A DNA stretch of 64,000 nucleotides, taken from assembly GCA_963817915.1 (NCBI GenBank), contig CAWFQL010000012.1, forward strand, positions 416,001 to 480,000, in the 5' to 3' direction. The position numbers and the translations under genes are program-made. Within the stretch, counting starts at the first letter, position 1. Every line of letters begins with the position of its first letter. This DNA is from an uncultured candidate division Zixibacteria bacterium. Its GTDB lineage: Bacteria; Zixibacteria; MSB-5A5; UBA10806. Of this stretch, positions 9,976 to 19,000 are shown piece by piece. The notes beneath the pieces were generated by a model. It saw only the letters and a program-made list of their open reading frames with translations, was not told where the DNA came from and made no database searches.

Positions 9976-10004
9976 AGGATAGCGGCTCCATTTTCTAATG
10001 TCAA
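9976..10004 (-). promoter_or_regulatory. Sigma70-type promoter
   Basis: TTGACA-17 nt-TATCCT; same geometry in the paralogous locus. Confidence 0.75.
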
Positions 10005-10157
10005 GGATTATTATTAAAAAAATCACAAATGCTGTTTTTGGCATTTAAACTTGCGTTATAGGCATTTGGGGCATTGTCTATGTTTGGATCCGGGATTCTT
10101 GATAAAATGGGCAGCCTGCAAAGCTGCCCTCGATTAATTACCATTAATTATTCGAAA

Positions 10158-10475
10158 TTATTCCACTCTGCTAACCTTGGGTTTGATATTCATATTCGGA
10201 GCTACAACCGACCGAATAGCAGGGCTATCGTTGAAGCCGGGATTCGGCGGAGCTAATTGACCCATAGGAGGGCAGCTTGGACAGGGAACTGGCAAATCCC
10301 CTCCCTTGAAGTAGTTTACCATATAGGTTATGTCCAAACCATTAAAGCTGCAACTTCCATTGACATCTCCCGGCGCGTAAAAAGGACGAAGCTGTCCTTC
10401 GCCAGAAACTTCATAGTAAATGCATGCCCCATTTATCTCCATAAATCCGTCAATATATTTCCCGCTATTTTTCAT
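10158..10475 (-). pseudogene. Chimeric remnant: alpha/beta-hydrolase N-terminus fused to a dockerin-like C-terminus
   Basis: INGACIYYEVSGEGQ (hydrolase start) joined directly to GDVNGSCSFNGLDITYMVNYFKGG. Confidence 0.6.
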
Positions 10476-10506
10476 ATAGGTAAGAATAAACCTTTATCGT
10501 CGTCGA

Positions 10507-11466
10507 CTATTTTCTATCTAATTTCCACAAGAAGGCGCGTATTGATTTTATATACTGTTCGGGTTCTTCTTGCATAGCCATATGCGAACTATTGTCAAAT
10601 ATCACAATTTTGGAGCCGGGCGTTAGCAGTTGGAAAGACCTCACGGTCGAGGGCACTGCCTGATCGTATCGGCCAGCCGTGATGAGTACCGGGATTTTAA
10701 TTTTTGATAATTCAGCCGTACGGTCATAATTTTTCAGAGAACCGGTCGCCCGGAATTCACTTGGACCCCACATCGTCGAATATACCTCGGTTCCCGTTTG
10801 CATGATTGAACTGTCAATGTCGACTGGTAGCGGATCAAGACGAGTAACATACCTTTTGTAGTATTCAATCATCAATTGACGGTATTCGCCTGTATTGGTA
10901 GTGCCTTCCAGTTCATGTTTTTTTAATGCGGATGTTATAGAGTCGGGAAGAGTCGCCAATAAGCTATCGGCGTCGTGGTGCCAAACTGGCGCGCTAATTA
11001 CGGGACTGGCGAGGATGACACCCTTTACGCCCTGAGGATTAGTCATAAGATAGTCAATGGCAAGCGACGCGCCCCAGGAGTGACCGAAGATATAAACCTC
11101 GCTTAATCCTAATGAATCTCGCACAGCCTGTAGCTCCGTGACAAATCGCGGAATATTCCACAAAGTGGTATCGGTTGGCCGTTCCGAATGGCCCGCTCCG
11201 AGCTGGTCATAGTAGATGACTGGTCGATCATCTGCTAACCGAGCTAACGGCTTCAAATAGTAGCTAGGGAATCCCGGCCCTCCATGAAGAACAAGTAACG
11301 GTGTCGCGGATTTATTGCCGACTATTCGATACCAAACGCGGCCCCCATCGACCTGAATGAAGCCCTCCCTGGTTAGAGCCTGCTGGCTGCAGCTTGATGT
11401 CAGAAGGGAAACTATGACTAGCGTGGTGATTATCAAAGCGGACGCGAAAATTTGTCTTTGTGTCAT
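10507..11466 (-). CDS. Proline iminopeptidase family alpha/beta hydrolase, probable lipoprotein
   Basis: LHGGPG, YDQLGAG, GHSWG, MWGPSEF; N-terminal hydrophobic segment ending TSSC. Confidence 0.88.
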   Translation of the reverse strand: MTQRQIFASALIITTLVIVSLLTSSCSQQALTREGFIQVDGGRVWYRIVGNKSATPLLVLHGGPGFPSYYLKPLARLADDRPVIYYDQLGAGHSERPTDTTLWNIPRFVTELQAVRDSLGLSEVYIFGHSWGASLAIDYLMTNPQGVKGVILASPVISAPVWHHDADSLLATLPDSITSALKKHELEGTTNTGEYRQLMIEYYKRYVTRLDPLPVDIDSSIMQTGTEVYSTMWGPSEFRATGSLKNYDRTAELSKIKIPVLITAGRYDQAVPSTVRSFQLLTPGSKIVIFDNSSHMAMQEEPEQYIKSIRAFLWKLDRK

Positions 11467-11616
11467 TGTAAAATCCCTTCCTTTTATTTGTCATTGATCA
11501 AAAATGACAATATTAATTAGAGATATAGGAAGTGTTTACGGGGCTTGCAAGCCTAATATGTTTTGCCTGAGCTAATCGAACATTGCGAGGAATATAAGAA
11601 ATTTATGATGTTGGAA

Positions 11617-12285
11617 TTATCTCGCCGATGGGCAATCCGAGCAAGGCTCGGGCGCAGGGCCACCCTTGAAGTAATTGACTAAATATGTTACGTCGAGGCC
11701 GTTAAATGAGCATGAATTATTCACATCGCCCGCGACAAACCAGCTATTATCGGGAGTGCATTCACACATATAGGGAGGAGGATCGCCTCCCTTGAAGAAA
11801 TTGACAGAGTAGGTGGCGTCGAGACCATTCAACGTACCGCTATTATTTGCATCGCCTACAACATACCTGCAGCTTGCGAAATACGCGGTGTCGGATATTA
11901 CCGATATGGATGTATCACTGAGAACCGAAATCGCTCTAATTGAGAATACTGCCCAATCGCCCGGCGATGATAAAATAACCGAACTGTCGCAGCGGGCATC
12001 AGATGGGGAGACCCCCGTGAGCGAATCACTTACACTAATGATTATATATGACCAAATATACGATTGAACCGTATTTCCATAACCTGGAGGAGACCAGTAA
12101 ATTTTTAGATGCCCATCGCTATCATCATAGCGGGCAAATGCGTTTTCCATAAGGCATAAAAGAGAAATGGCCATGATGATGATCATAAACACTGGTTTCA
12201 GGATTCTGTAAAGTTTCGTATTCTGTTTTTGACTTATCACAACTGGCCAATCAAGAAGATTGTAATTTGCCCTAAGTTTCTGCAT
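11617..12285 (-). CDS. Secreted protein: FN3-like domain lacking strand A plus a dockerin-like double Ca-binding repeat
   Basis: Signal peptide ending AFA; GHLKIYWSPP..YIWSY..GDWAVFSIRAIS; two GD(A/V)NNS..NGLD.TY.VN.FKGG repeats. Start codon uncertain. Confidence 0.75.
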   Translation of the reverse strand: MQKLRANYNLLDWPVVISQKQNTKLYRILKPVFMIIIMAISLLCLMENAFARYDDSDGHLKIYWSPPGYGNTVQSYIWSYIIISVSDSLTGVSPSDARCDSSVILSSPGDWAVFSIRAISVLSDTSISVISDTAYFASCRYVVGDANNSGTLNGLDATYSVNFFKGGDPPPYMCECTPDNSWFVAGDVNNSCSFNGLDVTYLVNYFKGGPAPEPCSDCPSAR

Positions 12286-12586
12286 TTACATTTGCCTTAA
12301 GGCGCTCTTAAGACAATATAAATAGCCAGAATCTACAGTCAATATCATTATGAATATCGGCAGTGACTGGGATTTTAAGAATATGTAAATAGTGCCAGGC
12401 AAGTTCGGGCTCCAAATCACTACGGACAATCGATTTAGATATTGGTGGATAAACGTCAAACATGCAAATCCGTGCGCATTTTATCTCGAATTCGCGAGTA
12501 AATGCCTGCTTTATCTCTTGCGTCTAAATTGAGTTTGATTATATTAGATATCGAATGTCGGCTTCTATTTATTTGAAAGGAGGCAA

Positions 12587-12964
12587 ATGAAATTAACGAT
12601 TGTATTAGCTTTGTTGGTAGTCATTATTGGGCTCACACCGCTAGTAGCGTTGGCACAATTTAATGATCATGACGGACATTTGGTTGTTAGCTGGCAGCCA
12701 CCCGCCTATGGCAACCCACTCGACCATTACATTTGGTCATATACAATTAACGGTGTAGTCGATTCAGTTACCGGGACTTCTGCCGGCGTTGACACGCTAA
12801 ATAACTCCGTAACCTTGACTGCGATAGGCGATTGGGCGGTTTTTCATATTCGTGCAGTTTCTACGGTCAATGATACTTCAACCGTAGCTTATTCTGATAC
12901 CGCCTTCTATAATACGGGAGAAGGAATAGGCCCTCCGAGGGGGGTGACCTGGCAGGGCCCGTAG
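12587..12964 (+). CDS. Small secreted FN3-like protein with C-terminal GIGPPRGVTW strand
   Basis: Strong AAGGAGG RBS; signal peptide ending ALA; paralog of the 11617-12285 domain. Confidence 0.8.
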   Translation: MKLTIVLALLVVIIGLTPLVALAQFNDHDGHLVVSWQPPAYGNPLDHYIWSYTINGVVDSVTGTSAGVDTLNNSVTLTAIGDWAVFHIRAVSTVNDTSTVAYSDTAFYNTGEGIGPPRGVTWQGP

Positions 12965-13221
12965 CCTTTGAGCTGCAGGCTCACCCCAATCCTACCAATA
13001 AATCGGGCCTTGTTTTAAGTTGGCAGGTTGAAAAAGAAAGTATCTATGATATCACGATTTATGATATTTTGGGCCGAAAAATTAAGACACTTCTCAAGCA
13101 GACAATGCCATCGGGTTTCTACAGTCAGCGGGCCGGCGAGGGTCTCGCGGCAGGCATCTATTTCGCTGTTATTTCTCGTCCTGACAATCACAGGGTTGTC
13201 AAGTTCACAGTCATTCGCTGA
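12943..13221 (+). CDS. T9SS type-A-like C-terminal sorting domain in the -1 frame of the 12587 gene, with no start or RBS of its own
   Basis: Translates GDLAGPVAFELQAHPNPTNKSGLVLSWQVEKESIYDITIYDILGRKIKTLLKQTMPSGFYSQRAGEGLAAGIYFAVISRPDNHRVVKFTVIR*; frame open from 12913. Confidence 0.75.
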   Translation, partial: GDLAGPVAFELQAHPNPTNKSGLVLSWQVEKESIYDITIYDILGRKIKTLLKQTMPSGFYSQRAGEGLAAGIYFAVISRPDNHRVVKFTVIR

Positions 13222-13624
13222 TGATGGCATAGCGTTCCCCGATACAGCAAGGGTATCATTTACGAGAACAATCGCAAACGATACTGTCATCATAACATTC
13301 AATAATTTATCCTCCGATTCGGTGAGGAATTTCTTTTTGTCCGATTTTACTGACTCGCAAGTTGTCGAGATTGAATGTCTGGTGGATAATGCTCCATGCG
13401 GTAATCTTGTTGTTGAACGGGAGTTTAATAGTGTTTATGCTGGAAAATTTTCGACCCGCTGGACTATGGGGGGCTTCCTTCATACTGCTTATTTGAAATT
13501 TTTCTCTGAAAGTTATTCGAGTAATGAACTCAGTTGGAGCGCCGGCCATCCTTATGCTATTTTTGGAACGATGTCGACCAATATCGGCATAGGCCCTCCC
13601 CGCGATTTACACTGGGAACAATAG
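13061..13624 (+). CDS. Secreted hypothetical protein ending in GIGPPRDLHWEQ
   Basis: Open frame 13028-13624; hydrophobic signal-like segment ending SQSFA; C-terminal motif shared with the 12587 protein. Start uncertain. Confidence 0.65.
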   Translation: MIFWAEKLRHFSSRQCHRVSTVSGPARVSRQASISLLFLVLTITGLSSSQSFADDGIAFPDTARVSFTRTIANDTVIITFNNLSSDSVRNFFLSDFTDSQVVEIECLVDNAPCGNLVVEREFNSVYAGKFSTRWTMGGFLHTAYLKFFSESYSSNELSWSAGHPYAIFGTMSTNIGIGPPRDLHWEQ

Positions 13625-13635
13625 AGGAAATGGTA

Positions 13636-14979
13636 ATGAAGCATATAGACCGTCGCAAATTTATAGGGGATGTTGGCAAGTTGGCCGGTGGGGCATTAAT
13701 GGGCGGCTATATACTGGATTCAGCGCTATTTTCCGCAGAACGGGCTAATGCAGCTTTAAGAAGCTATATATATTTGGCGAAAAACGGAACACCCGCCCAG
13801 AACGTTGCCAAGGTTTTCGAGATGCGTTTTGGAGGGATTGAAAATTTCATTGGGGCTGATGATGTAGTTGTTATCAATCCGAATGGGCAATGGCCAAATC
13901 AAGGCGGATCCAACTGTGCCTGTTGCATGGGGCTAATAGATCTTATTCTTGATCGGCCCGGCGGATTTAATGGCGAAATTATTTTTACCGAAAATACGCA
14001 GGGCTCGACTACTGGTTATTGGACCGCTTCCGGTGGCGAATTGCTTAGGAATGGACCATATAATTTCAATGACATGATCACTCATTATCACAATAATAGC
14101 CATCTGAATGTAAGCGGAGTACGGATAAGGAATAATCAATATGATGCCGCAAATTGGCCGATAATCAATGGCCCCGCCCAAGGGCAAGGATGGATCAGGC
14201 CGGAGTGGCAATCACAGACATATAGTTGCCTTTTTTACTTGCCATATCCTATTATTCGATCCCCCTACTCTAATAAGCTCATCGATTTGAAGAACGGCAT
14301 TTATGACAATGGCTATGATGGACAACCAGGTTTGAAATTTATAAAAATGCCAAATTTAAATAACCATGGCTATAATGGAAACCAGGACTATGCAGGTGTC
14401 ACAAGCGCAATCAAATCCTTTCTGGGGATAACTGAATTAGAGAATGGCACTGGCTCTTATTTCAATGATGGTGTTCATGCCAATATGCATGCCTATCACG
14501 CCAACGGCTGTTCCGGCAACGAACCTCAAAAGGCATTTTTGGCTGGAGAGGCGATCGGCGCTTGGATGAATCATTGCCGAAAACCCGATCTATTCTTAAC
14601 TACAGCCGAATGGGTAGGATGGGAATCTAGGACCGGTTCGGGCGCCAGTCAAGTTCGTACGGTTGGAATTGCCGAAGATCCTGTTTCTCTGGATTATTTT
14701 ATGAGTAAATATGTGTTATTGCCGAGCCATCCCCAATCACAATACTTTGATCCAGGCTTTGATATCTCGAACAATACGACCAGGCAGACACTCAATGGAT
14801 GTAATTCAATGGGGTACGGGACTGTGAATGAACAGGAAATGGCGGCGTATGTATACGATTTCAATTCGCCTTCAACATTCCGATTTGATATAGACCGAAT
14901 GATTAGAAAATTCAAATCTGGTGAAGCCACCCAACAGGACGTTTTGAATTTAATTGAAATGTATAATTCCGGTAATTAA
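13636..14979 (+). CDS. Tat-exported DUF362-like protein
   Basis: DRRKFIG twin-arginine signal; DDVVVINPNGQW, IKMPNLNNH..AGVTSAIKSFLG, DPVSLDY. Confidence 0.7.
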   Translation: MKHIDRRKFIGDVGKLAGGALMGGYILDSALFSAERANAALRSYIYLAKNGTPAQNVAKVFEMRFGGIENFIGADDVVVINPNGQWPNQGGSNCACCMGLIDLILDRPGGFNGEIIFTENTQGSTTGYWTASGGELLRNGPYNFNDMITHYHNNSHLNVSGVRIRNNQYDAANWPIINGPAQGQGWIRPEWQSQTYSCLFYLPYPIIRSPYSNKLIDLKNGIYDNGYDGQPGLKFIKMPNLNNHGYNGNQDYAGVTSAIKSFLGITELENGTGSYFNDGVHANMHAYHANGCSGNEPQKAFLAGEAIGAWMNHCRKPDLFLTTAEWVGWESRTGSGASQVRTVGIAEDPVSLDYFMSKYVLLPSHPQSQYFDPGFDISNNTTRQTLNGCNSMGYGTVNEQEMAAYVYDFNSPSTFRFDIDRMIRKFKSGEATQQDVLNLIEMYNSGN

Positions 14980-15019
14980 ATCATCTAAATAGATTTATAG
15001 AAATTAGATACTATGAGGA

Positions 15020-15985
15020 TTACTCCAGCCTGATATTTCCTATATAAAGCGAAAATTCAGCACGCAAATCGTATGCAAATAAATGGATTGCTCTCATCTG
15101 GCCCAAATCCATTTCACGGGTTTTTGGGGCCATTTTTATTTTTTCAATTGGGATATCGATACTATTTAATCCGGGAATAATCTTATAGGTTGCATTAAAG
15201 CGGTCATTGAATTCCTGATTGTGATGAAAATCTTCAATACGCACAGTTAGGCTGATCGTGCTATCCAATGGAGAATAGACCTCCATATGAAATAAATTAT
15301 AACCATGCCAGTCCGGATAAGGCTCTTCAATCGTTAAGGTTGGATACTGCGCCGGCAAAAAAGAAATCTGCGTTAGGTTATCATCGGCAAATCGATTTAC
15401 AAAAGAATCTGGCGGCTCTTTTAATATCGCATCGCGCGTGAATAGAAATTTCGATTGCCAAAAAGATTTGAAATCGCAAATTTGGGGAAAGATCCTATTC
15501 CGATATACATACGAGCCTGACCAGAGCGCCAGCGGTGTTGCAGCTGCAATGATTGCTATCGATGACAAACCGAGTATTATAGATTTTAAACTTTTAAATT
15601 TCCCAATTTGCCATAAACTTGCGGCTCCGCTGATCAATGAGTAGAAACCCAAGAATGAAATCGCGCCGCCAATATCGCGCATCCAATCGTAAATATCTGG
15701 TTCACCCGGCGCCCAAAATTGAATAATCTCCACTAAACCGCCCGTTAAGATGGAGGCTACACATGCTATTAAATAATTTCTGAATGAATTTTGCCGATTT
15801 GCAGGGGAGAGTCGATTCAGCAGGGCAAGAAGCAGCAGCCCCATAAAGCCGAATAAAGGCGTATGCCCCGAATTATGTATTTCGCGCCAAAGAAGAGTAT
15901 CACTTGGAAGATCCAAAAAGAAAATGATAATAAAAATCCCCATTACGGGGATTAAAATCAATATGATCGAGAAAATCTTCTTCAT
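15020..15985 (-). CDS. VanZ-family membrane protein with C-terminal carbohydrate-binding-like domain
   Basis: GHTPLFG, VEIIQFW..DIYDWMRDIGG; C-terminal beta-rich domain DWHGYN..LYIGNIRLE. Confidence 0.75.
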   Translation of the reverse strand: MKKIFSIILILIPVMGIFIIIFFLDLPSDTLLWREIHNSGHTPLFGFMGLLLLALLNRLSPANRQNSFRNYLIACVASILTGGLVEIIQFWAPGEPDIYDWMRDIGGAISFLGFYSLISGAASLWQIGKFKSLKSIILGLSSIAIIAAATPLALWSGSYVYRNRIFPQICDFKSFWQSKFLFTRDAILKEPPDSFVNRFADDNLTQISFLPAQYPTLTIEEPYPDWHGYNLFHMEVYSPLDSTISLTVRIEDFHHNQEFNDRFNATYKIIPGLNSIDIPIEKIKMAPKTREMDLGQMRAIHLFAYDLRAEFSLYIGNIRLE

Positions 15986-16059
15986 TTAATATTGCTAAGA
16001 TATCTCCGAATGAATCGCGATTTCACTATAAGCATCAAATAATTAACGCCTTCGTTTAA

Positions 16060-19000
16060 TCAACGAATGACTACTATTTTCCCTTGCGTAGTGCCGCCGC
16101 CGTAATCCACAACGTAAAGGTACACGCCAGAAGCCAGTTGGCGGCCCTTATCATTTCTGACATCCCAGACCCATTCCAATGGACCGATATCCGCAACGTT
16201 TCTGACCACATCGCCTGAGACAGTGGCGATGGTAATTTTTGATTTTTCGGGTAGATTCGTGAAGGTTATTCCGGGAAGCCCCTCGGACGCGCGGAATGGA
16301 ATCGGGTAAGCGTGAATATCCAGTACGGCTGAGAATGCTATTGGAGCAGTCCATAGCATGTTGTCGGAGCTTGCCCTCCAATAAAACGAACCATTTTTAT
16401 CAAGAGGATTCGTTGGTCGCCAAGAAATCGGCGATATGCCATCGGCGAAAATAGGGCCCGATTGAATCGGCGATGAAAAATCAATACTACTATCGACTTC
16501 AAAATAAACGATTGCCAAACCAGAGATATACCTGACCGTGAACGTCGGTCTATTAGACACAATTTGAGCGCCGGCAATAGGAGCTATACAATCGGCGCTT
16601 GTTAACGGCTGATTTATATCTGTTGTCATTAAATTGAAGCTTATGACCGGCGACCAGCCGCTGGAATCGGGGCCATCGTTCGATTTTGCCCGGCATTTCC
16701 AGTAGTAGGTAGTTCTCTGTGAGAGGCTGTCAAAAATAAAATCGGCGACTGTATCGGCAGATAATTCCTGCTCCAATCGAGGATTGGGGAAACTATATAC
16801 AGAATCCAATGCGAATTCGTAGAAGATATTCCTATATGATTCTACCAACGAGGCAACTACTGTCGCCGCATGAGCGGTAGTATCTATTAATGTTCTAATT
16901 TGCTCCGGCACTATTATTCCGCTCGAAAACGTATCTATAACAGCCTCAGGCGAGGCGTTGCCGACCTCATCGTAAGCCCGGATCGCGACAAAATATCTTT
17001 CACCCGGTGTCAAGCCATCTACAATACATACTTGCGGTGAATCAGCGGGTGCGGGTGCCGGTATTGATCCATTAAAGAACGACGCCATATTCCAATCAAA
17101 TGCGCTGCCGGTATCTGGCATATATTTTATTAAATAAGCGGTTGCTGTTCCGGACGTACTGTCATCTCCCGGAGCATTCCAATGTAACTCGATTGACCCA
17201 TGGCCATTGTATGGTTGGCCACGATAATTTGATGGCGCTGAAGGCGCTGTTGTATCCTGACCCGCCTCGGTTCCATATATTTCCATCTCGGTAAGCCAGA
17301 TAACCGTGGGATAAGAAGTTGGTCCCATATTGGGAGTTTGATAATATCTGATGCGACTCGTTACTCTTGGTTCGAACCAGGTAGTCGAAGTGCTGTCGAC
17401 AACCGAATTATTGACCGTATCAATATCCGCGAAAGCCCCGGTGGTTTCATTCCAATATTGTATCCTATACTGTCTCGAACACATCCAATAAGAGCTGTTC
17501 CAGGCCCAGTATATTTTCAAGCCCATAACTGAAACTCGTCGACCAAAATTAAATTGCACCCAATGCGGCAGCAAAGCGCTTTCGGCCGATGCCCAAGTAG
17601 TGAGAGTGCCGCCGCGGGGATTAACAACTGAATCGTTAATGCGAGCAATTGAATATCCGGCATATGAGCTATCAACTGTGGGCGTGATGCCTATGGCTAA
17701 ATCCGTATAAGCAACCGACGTATCCGTATGGAATTGATAATCGATACTTACCGCTTCATTATTTGATGCATCTTTGGAGCGAACTCGGAAATGATAGATC
17801 GTATCCGCAATAAGCCCGCTAAGATTCACCGAATGGCTCAACGTCAGCGAGGGGTTGAGGGCAGTCGTTGAATCATATCCGGTGGTCAAGCCGTAATTAA
17901 CCTGACTTGTAGCCAATTCATTTGTATTCCAATTGATTGTTGCGGCATGATCTGTGATATTGCCGGAGCCAACATTACTCAATGTCGGAGGAGTTGTATC
18001 CGGTAATGCGATATAATTCTGCCCCGAGCTATTGGAATTCACTCCGCTATAGCTTCTTGACGCCGGCGAAAATGTGTAGCCATTCAAAACAGGTGTAGCG
18101 GTACCCGACCAGTTGGAATCTATGGTTGCTGTATAGTTGCCGCTGCCATTTGTTGTGGGATTTCCGGGCAAGCCATTTATAGCCACTCCCGCCAAACCGT
18201 TGCCCGCGAGTGTAACCGTGCCCGAAATTGTGTAAGTAACCAGATTCGGCGCCAGGGCACCCATATAAGTCGGATAAGCCCCACCGCGCCCTCCGGTTTT
18301 GACCGCTGACGGCGACCCGGCCGTTAGGTGAAAATCGTGATTGACAGGATCTGCGAAGAGGGGATTGACGTTGACCGAGTTGCTATCATAGTGAATATTG
18401 GCAATGAAATTTGGCAAATTATAAGCCGTGCCGTTCCAAGAAGCAAAATTACTTGAGCCCGAATTCCAATAGCAGTTAAAATTTCCATATAGATTTTGAA
18501 CTATTCGGGCGGTGGGTTTCGTAAATCCATAGGAGGATTGTAAGACAATATTATTGAATATCTGCGGGGTTATTAATGGCTCGTCCTCGCCAGCGGCATA
18601 ACGAGAATATATTCCATTTCCCACATTGTAAATTGTATTATTATATACCGAATTCCCGATATTAGTGTATTGCGGTCTAGTGCCGTGGTTAAGCGTCCCA
18701 GGTTCTAGGTTAATGCCGTCTCCACAATTGTAAATGATGTTATTGCGAATTGTATTGCTATCGCAATCATAAAAGGCGGTGATACCCCTCGCCCCTATAT
18801 CATGTATTATATTATTACTGATTGTATTGTGGCTGTTTGTTTGTTTTAGGAAAATCCCACCATCGCAAGATCCGCCCGGTTCGTTGAAAACAAAATTGCC
18901 TGTAATCGTGGAATTTCGCAAATAATAGAAAAGCATACCGGCATGATTTACCCAAGTGCTATCAAATGTCTCATAATTGGCAAAGGAACTGCAAGCTTGA

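Noticed and set aside
11617..11870. Cellulosome component
   Set aside because: A dockerin-like repeat is present but there is no cohesin scaffoldin or cellulase in the window; such repeats also occur outside cellulosomes.
12460..12480. Sigma54-like GCACGGATTTGCA upstream of 11617-12285
   Set aside because: Lacks the invariant GG at correct GG-N10-GC spacing.
13534..13635. N-terminal extension of the DUF362-like ORF
   Set aside because: Overlaps protein B; the GAGG RBS and Tat signal indicate a start at 13636.
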